32,000 nt of DNA from Candidatus Thorarchaeota archaeon (lineage in GTDB: Archaea; Asgardarchaeota; Thorarchaeia; Thorarchaeales; Thorarchaeaceae). Numbering within the stretch: the stretch's first letter is position 1; each line of letters opens with the position of its first letter. Positions 1-10,163 of the stretch are shown piece by piece. Both the position numbers and the translations under genes were made by a program. Where the stretch lies: assembly GCA_038893995.1 (NCBI GenBank), contig JAWAQK010000016.1:231-32230 (forward strand), given 5' to 3'. The notes under the pieces are model-generated. The model worked only from the letters and a program-made list of their open reading frames with translations, was not told the origin of the DNA and did no database searches.

Positions 1-21
1 TCGCAGGGCAGAAGCTCGGAT

Positions 22-594
22 TCAGCAAGGTGGTTGAAAATGTCTAAGACATCGCTGGAACACATCGTTAACAGATACACCGAGTTCTTCGAGTCCCCCG
101 GAGACAGGATGGAGTTCGAGAAGGTTGTTGAGGTCGGTGTCACCCCACGCAACAGCCAATACATCAGACCTGATTATGCTGTCTCCAGAGTCCCAGACCT
201 TGTCGAACATGTTCGTCTCGACGTTTAGACGCCAGATGTGGATCTCATTGTCATACAGGTACCCCCCGGCAAGTGCGAGGAACCCTGTCGGTTCGTGGTA
301 GGCCACTGCATGGATGGCAGCCTTTGTCTTCCACGGCTCGAAGATGGTGGTGTAGAGGTTCGGCCTGTCCTGGAGGATGGGGCCCAGGTCCAGATCACTC
401 CGTATGGGGGGATCCAGGTCTGAGAGAGACCTCAAGACCTCATTCGGGAAGTCGTCCCTGTCAGCATCCATGGGCTCTGTGAGTATCTTCTGGTCCTGCA
501 AGTCTGCCGCAAGACTCGGTACGGCCGGGACCATGAACATTCCCACTAGCAACACAACCATATAGACCAGAGTTGTCGTCCGAATCGGTTTCAT
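22..594 (-). CDS. Secreted beta-propeller/FG-GAP-like protein, N-terminal portion (possibly truncated or frameshifted)
   Basis: N-terminal signal peptide (MKPIRTTTLVYMVVLLVGMFMVPAVPSLAA) followed by propeller-like text (AVAYHEPTGFLALAGGYLYDNEIHIWRLNVETNMFDKVWDSGDSIIRSDVLAVAWGDTDLNN). It starts 4 nt after the stop of the giant ORF on the same strand. It stops at 22 after a stretch without propeller character. Confidence 0.6.
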   Translation of the reverse strand: MKPIRTTTLVYMVVLLVGMFMVPAVPSLAADLQDQKILTEPMDADRDDFPNEVLRSLSDLDPPIRSDLDLGPILQDRPNLYTTIFEPWKTKAAIHAVAYHEPTGFLALAGGYLYDNEIHIWRLNVETNMFDKVWDSGDSIIRSDVLAVAWGDTDLNNLLELHPVSGGLEELGVSVNDVFQRCLRHFQPPC

Positions 595-598
595 CGTT

Positions 599-3500
599 CT
601 AACCTCCTTCTACCTCCTTCTTTGGGGATGGGCCGGCCGTCCCTTTCCGACGAGTCCCACTGCCCTTTTCTGAAGTAGATGTTGCCCCACGTTTCTCCTT
701 CCGTGACTCTGTACCGGTCACCCTACGGCGTAGTCGGCTCCAGGTGCCTGTCCTATAGCCAAGATAGCTCACTAAGACCACACCCAACACCGATGCAGCA
801 ACACCGGCTGTGAGTGCCCACGGGAAGGGTGTCTCGCCACGCAGCACTGTGAAGCGGACCACTGAGGCTGACACGACACCTGTGTAGTTCCTTGCGAAGA
901 CCTGCACGGTGAGGTCACCAGGGCTCCATCTGTGACCGATACTGAGGAACATGCCCGTTGCACTGTTGTACTGAGTCGTGAAGTTCTCACTCCAGCCACT
1001 TCCATTGTTGTACCTGAACCAGACCTCCTGGAAGGGAGTGAAGTTTGCCACAGCAAGCTGTTGGTCCTGGTAGACCACTGCCCCCTCCTTTGGTAGCATG
1101 ATCTTCATGGTGCTCTGGCCACGAGCAACGGCCAGGTGGAGGTTGAAATCAGCACCCGAGGTGTATTCCAGCGGGTTGAGACCCAGTGCGATCTCGAGCC
1201 CGTCCGGATATCCGTCACCGTCCGTGTCTCCCTTCTTAGGATCGGTGCCGTAGATGTAGTACTCGTCACCGTCCAGAAGTCCATCCAGGTCGCTGTCAGG
1301 GTTGAAGATGCCCCCGCCGGGGACCCCCTGGAGTCCTATCATGAACTCGATTCCGTCAGGCAGGCCATCGTAGTCTGTATCGAACTCGAAGGTGTCTGGG
1401 ATCCCGTCGCCATCCGAGTCGATATCGAGTGGGTTCGTATGATGGAGCAGTATCTCCGCTCCGTCTGGCAACCAATCATCGTCACAGTCTGAATCTGTTG
1501 CCAGTGTGGCGTACTTGGCCTGGGCTGGTCGATGCGCACCTGGCGGCAGCCCAAGAGTGGCAGCCACTGACGGCGATTGCAGAGACGCTGGCTCAATACT
1601 ACTTGGAAGACCAACAGACCAATTGGTCGGTGGCCAGGGTCCGTAGGGATAGACTTCCTCCACCGACTCTTCCCAGTCATAGAGCCCGTCCCCATCGGTA
1701 TCAGCATGAAGAGCCGATGTGTTATATACCCAGACCTCCCACCAGTCAGATATAGTGTCGTTATCAGTGTCGTTGCTCCTCGGGTTCGTGTTGAAGACTA
1801 CCACTTCCTGGTAGTCGATCAGGAGGTCATCATCCGAGTCGGCGTCCACCGGTGACGTGTTGAAACGATACAGGATTGTTATCGCCCGATAGGGGTAGAT
1901 CAGCCCCGATACATTCTCCAGTATCAGCTCAGAACCGTCCTTCAGCAGGTCGTCGTCAGTGTCACTATCGTTGGGGTCAAGTGGTAGCGGCGTCAACCAT
2001 GGGGGTGTCGGGTACGGGCTGGAAACATAGTATCGGGTCCAGCCTCCCAGATATAGTTCAATCGAATCATCGAGCCCATCCATGTCCGAGTCGGGCATTG
2101 TGGGCGTCGTGTTCCAGGTGATGACCTCGTCATAGTCGGACATGGGCCAGGTCATCTCGCCAAGACCGTTGGGCTCTACGATAGAGTCTCGGTCCGTATC
2201 CCATGACAGGGGATCAGTATGCCAGACCTTCACCTCAGCCCCATCGCTGAGACCATCGCTGTCAGTGTCGTAGACGAAGGGATCGGTGTAGTACACCATG
2301 ACTTCCTCGAAGTCCGTCAATCCATCGTTGTCCGAGTCTTCATCCATTGGATCGCTACCGACCACCAGGACCTCATAGCCGTCGGACAGGCCATCACCAT
2401 CGCTGTCGTCCGAGAATGGGTTGGTATGCCAGAAGAACAACTCTTCACCATCACTGAGACCGTCAAAGTCGGTGTCTGGTATCGCGGGATTTGTACCGTA
2501 GAGATAGAACTCATCACCATCGGAGACCATGTCAAGGTCAGTGTCTGGGGAGAGTGGGTCAGTGTTGAGTAGAATATCGAGCATGTCAGGCAGACCGTCG
2601 TCGTCGGTGTCCGCGTCGCGATAGAATGTGTGCATGCTGTCCTGCCTCAAGACCCCCTCGAGACCATCAATCAACCCGTCACTGTCGGTGTCTCCATTGG
2701 TCGGATCGCTCGGTGGATCAAGGTGCAGCTCGTATCCGTCGCTGTTCAACCACGCCCCTGCAGGAGGATTCTCTCGCTGCTCTGGAGTGACTCCCGTGTC
2801 ACCATCGGTGTCAGGGTTACAGGGGTTGGTATACACGTGCTTGAGATAGGGCTCACCCTCGTCGTCATAGAGAATGACGTCGAACCCCCTGACCTCTGCA
2901 CCATCGTTCATTGGATACTCCTGCGACAGCAACTCTCTGGGACCGACCTTGGTCATGAGCATCCTGTCAATGTCGCCGTTGTAGAACTGCAGGTAGGAGT
3001 CATCGTCAGTGTCAGCGTCGAGCGGATGAGTGTAACCATGATTGAATATCAGAGGAGCCGGGTCAAAGCCCGAACCTGCCGTGTCGTTGTACAGCTTGTC
3101 GAGCCCATAGTAGGGGCCCATCGGACCCTCTTGTCCGTCGAGAAGAGTATCACCATCAGTGTCAGGATTGAGTGGGTCGGTGTGGTCTGTATAGCGCACG
3201 CCGCCAATTGTGACGTATGTCACAGTCGGAGTTACGCCCGTCAAGTCCCACCGGGTGTAGACCTCATATGAGTCGCTGAGTCCGTCACCATCCGTGTCAC
3301 GTGAAAGGGGGTCGGTGAGGTAGACGTGGACCTCGTTGTAATCGGACAGATCGTCCCAGTCGCTGTCCTCCCACATCGGGTTGGTGCTCAGCTCCCACTC
3401 CTCACCATCGAGAAGACCATCACCGTCACAGTCCGGATTCGTGGGAGCAGTGCCCATCGTGAGCACCTCAAGCTTGTCGTTCGCACCGTCCCCGTCTGTA

Positions 3501-6500
3501 TCTGGGTTCAGCGGGTCCAATCCCGGAATTGCCTTCTCGTACTCATCACTCAGGCCGTCGTCATCGGAGTCGAGGCCCATGCCTGATTCCTGGTACTCGG
3601 CCTCCCCCTTCTTTGGACTCAGGTCCCATGGACCTCCCGGTTCCCAGGTCCAGGTCGCAGTGTCATCGAAGAATAGGAACCTGAACTTGACCTTCAGTGT
3701 AAAGATCAACCTGAGTGTGATCTTCATGGGATCGCTCGAGGCGAAGTCCTGGAAGAAGGTCAGGATTATCTCGAGAGACCCATCAATTATGATCGCTACT
3801 ATGAGCAAGTCAATCGGTATGTGAATTGAGATGCCAAATGTTATGGTCAGTGTCAGCGTCGAAACCTCTGGTGCTATGGCAGAGGCCGCCTTCTTCACTA
3901 TGTCCAGGGCGATGGCAAAGTAGATGGTGATCTTGATCATGTCCAGTCCAAGAAACTCTGCAACAGCAGAGAGAGCACCGCCTCCTAGTCCAAAGGTGAA
4001 GAAGTCTGCCAGGGTGAATACCTTACCAAGAGTGATCTTGATGTGGAGTCCCCACTCTACCACCTTCATGAAGTTCTCCCACTCGAAGACGCCACCCCTG
4101 AACGTGAACAGGTTCAAGACGAAATGCGCGCTCCCCTCAAATGCCAGCTCCAGACCCAGGGACTTCAGCATTGCACCCATGACTGCGTTCTTTGAGGAGT
4201 CGAACCCAGACACGCCAAGCTCAGCAAAGAACTGCGGGGTGATCTCGAAGAAGGAGAAGATGAGCCTCAGGAAATCACCGACACTGGATATCGAGAACAC
4301 GCTACGAGCGTCGAAGATGGCACTGGCAATGAGGTCGAACATCGGCGACAGGTCAATGTTGAAGCCAAGACGCAACCCGAGTGCGATTGTCAGGTCGAAC
4401 AGTGACCACTGACCCAGTCCAACAGGAATCTTGGTACTGTACCCAAGAAGGTCAGTTATGCCTGAGAACAGGGACATTATCATGTCCTCGAGCTCTGAGA
4501 AGAGGGGCCCAAGCATCCCGTTGAGCCAATCGAATATCATCCCCAGCAGCCACTTGACTCCACCCGTGAAGATGTCCTTGATGTTCATGAAGAAGCTGAG
4601 CATCTCCGTCAGGATGGTCACGTCTATCTCTCCGCTCAGGTGGCCCGCTGCAAGTGAGATGATCCGGTTGATCACCTCTGTCTTGCTGGGGAGGTCCTGT
4701 GGGTCGATACCAAAGGCGGTGGGGAAGAACGTCTGAAGCAGTTCGAGCAGAGCATCTATCGGGACATCTTCAAACGATGGGTGTGTTCCCAGCAGAGATC
4801 CCGCCGAGAGTAGCAGGGACTGCATTATGCCCGCAAATGACTGACCCTTGGCAAGTCGCACCAGGCTTACAGCACCAGCAGCTATCTCTGCGGTCTTTGC
4901 AATGATCTCCTGTACCTGTGGGGAACTTGGGATAGAATGCTCAAGGTCCATGTACAGAAGGGCATTCTTGACCATGTTGGGGAGAGAACCCAGCTGTGTC
5001 TCGAACCTACTCACCGTCTTTGCAATGAGACACTTCAGGCTGTCTGACTCAGTGATCGAGGCGACTATTCCGAGCACTGGGCGGACAACATTGTTCATGG
5101 CGTTGATGAACTCGGTCTCCTGTGCCAGCTGATATCCCATCTGGGTAGGTGGTAGATTCAATGCCTGTATGATCGCTGTCGCGAGTTCGAATATGTCGGG
5201 CAACTGATTCTTGTCAAAGCCCTCGTTGTAGAATCCTGAGATGAGAGTGATTGCATCACGAATGAGCGTGCGGGTGCTGGTGGGAACAGTACTTGAAACT
5301 GCACTGTCGATGATTGCCATGATCTCTGACTTGAACGCGGCAAGATCTGTGAGCCCGTTCTCCATGTATGTCTTTACTACACCCAGGAGCTCCCGGGCAA
5401 AGGCCTCTGACGACTTCACCAGGCCCGTAGGAGCAAATGTCGTCACAAGGTCACTGACAAGCTGTACCATGCTTGCGGCATCGTACTGATCCACAAGGCT
5501 CACTGCCGTCATGGCCATCTTGACCACTGCCATGATCTTGTCAATTGCTGGTTGTAGGCCCGTCAGCGGCAGCAGAGAACTGAGTAGATCATTACCGACC
5601 TCTGTCAAGAATCTTGCATAGTCTCGAGTAGTCAGGAAGTTCACAGTGGCAGTAACGAATTTGGTGATTCGGTCCACCAGTTGAGGACTGACAACACCGA
5701 TCTTGTCTGCAAGGACTGTCTGAATGACCCTTGTGAGGCTGTTCTTCGTTATGAAACCAAAGATGAGATCGTAGACACCCTTTCCTTCAGACATGGCCTG
5801 GGAGATCATGTCCCACAGTTCGGTCCCAATACCTATGAGGTCAGTCAGGAATGTCTTGACTGACTCAGGTACGATCTCCGGAAGCAGTGCGATCACTATC
5901 TCTGTGACTACCTCGAGTATGCTACTCAGGTCGCCCCTGAGATTGAACAGGGCCTTGAGCAAGATCTCGAGATAGGGCTTGTATTCAGCAATGAATGGAA
6001 ACTGATCCGAGAGAGCAAGAACGACCGCCTTGAGAGCGGAATCCGAATCAAAGTCATTCACGAGGCCGAGGAACGGTCGGATCACCTCGAATGCCTCGAC
6101 TATCGAATCAACAATGTCGCTTGGGATGGCCAGTGTCGTCTTTCCTTCGTCAATGAGGACGTCAAGTAGTATGTCAATTATGTCTCCGATGGGCCCATTC
6201 AGGCCTGACAACAGAGGAATCTCCCCAAGTACGTAGTCATCCGCAGTCAGTTCCGCCGGAGACACCAGCTTGATACCAGGTTCAAAGTCAGCTGGAAGTG
6301 AGTCGATGGGGACCTCCTGTAGAGAGTCGCCAACCAACCTGTAGGCTGCGGGTCTGATGGTCGGGGCGTGACGTTCCCACATCTCCCTGGTCCGCTCCTC
6401 GAGGGCGACTGGATCGACCTCACCGACTGGGTCTACGGGCTCTAGCGTGCGATACAGGAATTCCCTCAGATTGTCACAGTAGAGTTTGAGTGCCATGGCC

Positions 6501-7105
6501 CGGATGTCCTTTCCTGCCCTATCATATACAGGATCGGAACCGGCCCGCGTGTCGATTATGTCCGCCGTTGTCCACACGTCGTAGAGGATGAGCAGTAGAC
6601 CATCGGTCTGTTCAGACTCCGCGTGCCAAATATTGAGGTCTCGTGTGGAGAGGTACTTCTGGAGAGACAGGGTATTCCCGGTCCCCACAACATGCTGAGT
6701 CGCGCTGTACTCCCTGATGGTCAGGTAGAAGTCCATCCAGCTCATCTTTCTGTCAGAGAACTGGATGCCCTGGACATCGGACCTCAGCGCATAGATGGCT
6801 ATCCACGGCGCATCGACCAGGAAAGCCTCGAGATCTCCGCTGGACCTCACCGGATGGGTACTCACACCACCAAGCCGATAGGAGAGTATCTCTCTCACTG
6901 CTTCGGCAACCGAGACGAGAATGTCATCGTTCGGATCGAACAGAATGTATATCTCATCAAGCTCATAGGGGGGTGAGGGCACCGGTAGCAGAGTGTCATC
7001 CGGGAGCATCTGTGCAGCCATGACTGATGGCGTCACTAGCCCCATCAACATGGAAAACACAATAAGAGATGAGATTAGTCGCGTTTTGCTCTTAACATTA
7101 CTCAA
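599..7105 (-). CDS. Giant (2168 aa) cell-surface protein: signal peptide, long helical/hydrophobic head, TSP3-like Ca-binding repeat stalk, C-terminal Ig-like region, TM helix and basic tail
   Basis: Single uninterrupted ORF. The N-terminus SLIVFSMLMGLVTPSVMAAQ is signal-like. There are many DxDxDGxxD repeats (DPLNPDTDGDGLSD type). The C-terminus has WALTAGVAASVLGVVLVSYLGYRTG followed by a Lys/Arg-rich tail. Apparent TTG start at 7105, with AGGAGG about 13 nt upstream. Confidence 0.9.
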   Translation of the reverse strand: MSNVKSKTRLISSLIVFSMLMGLVTPSVMAAQMLPDDTLLPVPSPPYELDEIYILFDPNDDILVSVAEAVREILSYRLGGVSTHPVRSSGDLEAFLVDAPWIAIYALRSDVQGIQFSDRKMSWMDFYLTIREYSATQHVVGTGNTLSLQKYLSTRDLNIWHAESEQTDGLLLILYDVWTTADIIDTRAGSDPVYDRAGKDIRAMALKLYCDNLREFLYRTLEPVDPVGEVDPVALEERTREMWERHAPTIRPAAYRLVGDSLQEVPIDSLPADFEPGIKLVSPAELTADDYVLGEIPLLSGLNGPIGDIIDILLDVLIDEGKTTLAIPSDIVDSIVEAFEVIRPFLGLVNDFDSDSALKAVVLALSDQFPFIAEYKPYLEILLKALFNLRGDLSSILEVVTEIVIALLPEIVPESVKTFLTDLIGIGTELWDMISQAMSEGKGVYDLIFGFITKNSLTRVIQTVLADKIGVVSPQLVDRITKFVTATVNFLTTRDYARFLTEVGNDLLSSLLPLTGLQPAIDKIMAVVKMAMTAVSLVDQYDAASMVQLVSDLVTTFAPTGLVKSSEAFARELLGVVKTYMENGLTDLAAFKSEIMAIIDSAVSSTVPTSTRTLIRDAITLISGFYNEGFDKNQLPDIFELATAIIQALNLPPTQMGYQLAQETEFINAMNNVVRPVLGIVASITESDSLKCLIAKTVSRFETQLGSLPNMVKNALLYMDLEHSIPSSPQVQEIIAKTAEIAAGAVSLVRLAKGQSFAGIMQSLLLSAGSLLGTHPSFEDVPIDALLELLQTFFPTAFGIDPQDLPSKTEVINRIISLAAGHLSGEIDVTILTEMLSFFMNIKDIFTGGVKWLLGMIFDWLNGMLGPLFSELEDMIMSLFSGITDLLGYSTKIPVGLGQWSLFDLTIALGLRLGFNIDLSPMFDLIASAIFDARSVFSISSVGDFLRLIFSFFEITPQFFAELGVSGFDSSKNAVMGAMLKSLGLELAFEGSAHFVLNLFTFRGGVFEWENFMKVVEWGLHIKITLGKVFTLADFFTFGLGGGALSAVAEFLGLDMIKITIYFAIALDIVKKAASAIAPEVSTLTLTITFGISIHIPIDLLIVAIIIDGSLEIILTFFQDFASSDPMKITLRLIFTLKVKFRFLFFDDTATWTWEPGGPWDLSPKKGEAEYQESGMGLDSDDDGLSDEYEKAIPGLDPLNPDTDGDGANDKLEVLTMGTAPTNPDCDGDGLLDGEEWELSTNPMWEDSDWDDLSDYNEVHVYLTDPLSRDTDGDGLSDSYEVYTRWDLTGVTPTVTYVTIGGVRYTDHTDPLNPDTDGDTLLDGQEGPMGPYYGLDKLYNDTAGSGFDPAPLIFNHGYTHPLDADTDDDSYLQFYNGDIDRMLMTKVGPRELLSQEYPMNDGAEVRGFDVILYDDEGEPYLKHVYTNPCNPDTDGDTGVTPEQRENPPAGAWLNSDGYELHLDPPSDPTNGDTDSDGLIDGLEGVLRQDSMHTFYRDADTDDDGLPDMLDILLNTDPLSPDTDLDMVSDGDEFYLYGTNPAIPDTDFDGLSDGEELFFWHTNPFSDDSDGDGLSDGYEVLVVGSDPMDEDSDNDGLTDFEEVMVYYTDPFVYDTDSDGLSDGAEVKVWHTDPLSWDTDRDSIVEPNGLGEMTWPMSDYDEVITWNTTPTMPDSDMDGLDDSIELYLGGWTRYYVSSPYPTPPWLTPLPLDPNDSDTDDDLLKDGSELILENVSGLIYPYRAITILYRFNTSPVDADSDDDLLIDYQEVVVFNTNPRSNDTDNDTISDWWEVWVYNTSALHADTDGDGLYDWEESVEEVYPYGPWPPTNWSVGLPSSIEPASLQSPSVAATLGLPPGAHRPAQAKYATLATDSDCDDDWLPDGAEILLHHTNPLDIDSDGDGIPDTFEFDTDYDGLPDGIEFMIGLQGVPGGGIFNPDSDLDGLLDGDEYYIYGTDPKKGDTDGDGYPDGLEIALGLNPLEYTSGADFNLHLAVARGQSTMKIMLPKEGAVVYQDQQLAVANFTPFQEVWFRYNNGSGWSENFTTQYNSATGMFLSIGHRWSPGDLTVQVFARNYTGVVSASVVRFTVLRGETPFPWALTAGVAASVLGVVLVSYLGYRTGTWSRLRRRVTGTESRKEKRGATSTSEKGSGTRRKGTAGPSPKKEVEGG
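1160..3585 (-). repeat. Protein-level tandem Asp-rich TSP3-like calcium-binding repeats in the giant ORF
   Basis: Repeated motif N/DPxxxDTDGDGLxDGxExxxxxTDPL from GMGLDSDDDGLSDEYEK to DPKKGDTDGDGYPDGLEIALGLNPLEYTSG. Confidence 0.85.
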
Positions 7106-7645
7106 TTCTGGTGAGGAGCCTCCTGCGCGGCCTGAAGGAATGTGACAATGAATGGGTCAGCTGAAGAAACCAAGGCACTGGTGGCGCGGCCTGGGTCTTC
7201 TCATGTCGAGTAGTCGCTCCTTCTCAGGCAACCGTACGGAGCGGCAGTTTCGGACGGACGCTTATTAAGATTTTGAGGGTCGAGGATACCAGACCTGTCA
7301 CAGAGTCGGGGAGCTCCAGTCGGTCTGATGCGTGTTCGCATCCTCTGATGCGGGGGGATCAGCCCCGGTCACAGGGGGTGCAGGACCTGCAGACCAGCGA
7401 CATGCGATGACAGCCGGGTCCAGACATATCGACATGATACTCAGGGCGTAGACATCTGTCAGACGACGACTGCTCAGGTGTTGGTCAGTCCGATCACTGG
7501 GGTTGACTCGGGCGTCCGTCAGAGAGCGGAATACCACCTTGCCCCTGTCAGATCGTCGGGAGTTCTTGGCCGAAGTCCCGGTCAGGGGACGAGTACAGTC
7601 ATCCTAATATCGTCGTCTTGGGTAACTTGGACTGAGGAAACAGGC

Positions 7646-9235
7646 ATGCGAGATGACTCCCAGCAGGACTACGTGTTGGCGGTGGATCACGGCACTTCCG
7701 CCATGAAAGTAGCGCTGGCTAACATGAGAGGTGACGTCTTAGCGCTGGAGTGCGCACCCATTGGGCTTCAGCTCAGACCTGGCGGCGGGGCTGAACAGGA
7801 TCCCGGTGAATGGTGGTCTGCACTCGTGAAGTGCTCGCGCGGGCTTCTGGAGAGAGGACTAGTACCAGTCGATAGAATTCGGGCAGTGTGCTGTTCCAGT
7901 CAATGGTCTGGGACCGTACCTGTGGACAGGGAGGGCCATCCTATCGGAAACGCGCTGATCTGGATGGACTCGAGGGGCGCCCCCTACGTCAAGGCGGCTC
8001 TCAGGGGACTGATCAATGTCGAGGGGTACGGCATCCTGAACCTCGTGAGATGGCTCAGGAAGACGGCGGGCATTCCCAGCGCCAGCGGAAAGGATCCCAT
8101 AGCTCACATCATGTACCTGAAGCACGAGAGGCCTGACGTATATAGGGACACCTACAAGTTTCTGGAATGCAAGGACTACCTGAATCTGGCACTGACTGGT
8201 GAGTTTGCTGCTTCCTTTGACTCGATTGCACTTCACTGGGTCGCGGACATCAGGAATATCGACAGGGTCCACTACGATAGTGGACTGGCAAAGAAGCTGG
8301 GCATTCATCTCGACAAGCTCCCGGCCCTGAGACGCGCCACCGACATCCTCGGGACCGTGACACCCGATGCGGCACATGAGATCGGTGTCAAGCCGGACAC
8401 GAAGGTGATCACGGGTTCACCCGACGTGCAGTCTGCAATAGTTGGGTCAGGGGCAGTGAGAGACTATGAAGGACACATCTACATCGGCACCAGCAGCTGG
8501 CTCACATGCCACGTCCCGTTCAAGAAGACAGACATATTTCACAACATGGCCACACTTCCCTCGCCCATTCCAGGACGATATTTCGTTGCGAACGAACAGG
8601 AGACTGCTGGTGCTTGCCTCACCTTCATTCGGGATAGCCTCCTCTTCCCTGATGACTCGCCGTGCTGCGGGGATCCGGGGATGTACAGGGAGTTTGACAG
8701 GATATGTGAGACTGCACCGCCAGGTAGCCACAGGATGATCTTCACGCCATGGCTGTACGGCGAACGGACTCCGGTGGAGGATCATGCCATAAGAGGGGGA
8801 CTGTTCAACATCTCCCTTGAGGTGAAACGTTGCGACGTCATTAGGGCCGTGTTCGAGGGGGTCGCGTACAACAGCAGGTGGCTGCTTGGTCTTGTTGAGA
8901 GATTTGTCGGAAGAAGAATGGACGCCCTGAACATCATCGGAGGCGGTGCTCAGTCGGACATCTGGTGCCAGATATACGCAGACGTGCTCAACAGAAGAAT
9001 AAGGAGAGTGGCCGACCCCATTCAGGCGAACGCACGAGGAGCAGCGCTCATAGCCTCTATGGCTCTCGGATATGTCACTCCTGACGAGATACCATCGACT
9101 GTGCGAATCTCCAGAGTCTTCGAACCAAATCCCGAGAACAGGAAGATCTACGATCAGTTGTACTCTGAGTTCCTGCACCTATACAGGCAGAATCGGGAGA
9201 TGTATCATCGACTGAATGCACCAGTCAAGGACTAG
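7646..9235 (+). CDS. FGGY-family carbohydrate kinase (xylulokinase-like)
   Basis: N-terminal DHGTSAMKVALANMRGDV phosphate-binding motif, WMDSRGA, and GGGAQSDIWCQIYADVLNRRIRRVADPIQANARGAALIASMALG in the C-terminal FGGY domain. The ORF track starts at 7478. ATG 7646 (MRDDSQQDYVLAVDHGTS) is the more likely start. Confidence 0.88.
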   Translation: MRDDSQQDYVLAVDHGTSAMKVALANMRGDVLALECAPIGLQLRPGGGAEQDPGEWWSALVKCSRGLLERGLVPVDRIRAVCCSSQWSGTVPVDREGHPIGNALIWMDSRGAPYVKAALRGLINVEGYGILNLVRWLRKTAGIPSASGKDPIAHIMYLKHERPDVYRDTYKFLECKDYLNLALTGEFAASFDSIALHWVADIRNIDRVHYDSGLAKKLGIHLDKLPALRRATDILGTVTPDAAHEIGVKPDTKVITGSPDVQSAIVGSGAVRDYEGHIYIGTSSWLTCHVPFKKTDIFHNMATLPSPIPGRYFVANEQETAGACLTFIRDSLLFPDDSPCCGDPGMYREFDRICETAPPGSHRMIFTPWLYGERTPVEDHAIRGGLFNISLEVKRCDVIRAVFEGVAYNSRWLLGLVERFVGRRMDALNIIGGGAQSDIWCQIYADVLNRRIRRVADPIQANARGAALIASMALGYVTPDEIPSTVRISRVFEPNPENRKIYDQLYSEFLHLYRQNREMYHRLNAPVKD

Positions 9236-9343
9236 CTCAGGATAGAAGCCAAATAGAGGAGCGCAGAGAACTCCCCCCGTACTGGGTACGGTGGCATGGT
9301 GCGAGCCAGTACCTGTCGCCTGTACCAACGAGTCTACGGGCTC

Positions 9344-10012
9344 TCAACCGACCCCATTCTCCGAAAGTGAGAATCTCGACAAGACCTCGACGACTTCCCT
9401 GTCCGAGACATCGTACCAGAGCTCGTACGCCTCAGCCACTGCAAAGCTCCACCCAGACTCGATGCGGGGACAGAGCAGCCTGTCTACTGCCCTCCGGACC
9501 AGCTCATAGGCAGAGCTGGACGCTGTGGGGACAGCCACTGTCAGCGACCGGGGCCGTCGTTGTGTCACTGAACGAATAGCAGCCATCATGGTATAACCAG
9601 AAGCTAGCCCGTCGTCAACCAGGATCACATCTCTCCCGCTGGGGGTGTGGGTGCCCACCAGTCCACCATATGTAGCTCTTCGTTCCTCGATCTGACGACG
9701 GGTCCTCTCAATGGCCTGTTGAACCTCTTCTTCACTCAGATGAAGGCTGGCGAGTAACTCCCTGTTCAGCAAGACTCCACCCAGTGAGTCAATTGCTCCA
9801 AACCCTGCCTCAGTATTGAAAGGAATCTGTATCTTCCTCACTATCATGATGTCGAGGTCTGCATGCAGCCCCCTCGCTATCGGTTCTGCGACCAGCACGC
9901 CACCATTGGGAATGGCAAGGACCAGCAGCCGGCCGACAGGATGGACCTCTCTGAGTAGCATGTCCCGGAGGACTGTCCCGGCCTCAGTCCGATTCCTATA
10001 GGACCACGTCAT
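9344..10012 (-). CDS. Phosphoribosyltransferase-domain protein (type I PRTase fold)
   Basis: PRPP-binding loop DVILVDDGLASGYTMMAAIRSV, and an N-terminal AIPNGGVLVAEPIARGL hood-like segment. Confidence 0.8.
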   Translation of the reverse strand: MTWSYRNRTEAGTVLRDMLLREVHPVGRLLVLAIPNGGVLVAEPIARGLHADLDIMIVRKIQIPFNTEAGFGAIDSLGGVLLNRELLASLHLSEEEVQQAIERTRRQIEERRATYGGLVGTHTPSGRDVILVDDGLASGYTMMAAIRSVTQRRPRSLTVAVPTASSSAYELVRRAVDRLLCPRIESGWSFAVAEAYELWYDVSDREVVEVLSRFSLSENGVG

Positions 10013-10163
10013 CGCAGCATTCTTTCACAGACTCACGATAAAACTGAGTTGGTCAGCGCCACACTGCCGAGTAGACGAGACTGCGGAGGGTCGCTGAGTC
10101 TGGGACAGTCTGTAGGGGACATGGAGTCATGTCGCTGGTGTCCCGGAGGATTCTTTAGATGTC

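Noticed and set aside
1160-3585. Repetitive DNA that might be a CRISPR or satellite array
   Set aside because: Periodicity is at protein level (DTDGDGLSD units of varying length), with no identical short repeats separated by unique spacers.
1100-3600. Multiple plus-strand ORFs (1136-1492, 1429-1755, 2219-2572, 2630-3271) opposite the giant gene
   Set aside because: They are antisense shadows of the Asp-rich GAC/GAT repeats (giving Val/Ile/Arg-rich text). They have no start context and no recognisable domain.
9277-9291. CCGTAC-TGG-GTACGG inverted repeat between convergent kinase and PRTase genes as a terminator
   Set aside because: Only 6 bp with no T-run, so too weak to call confidently.
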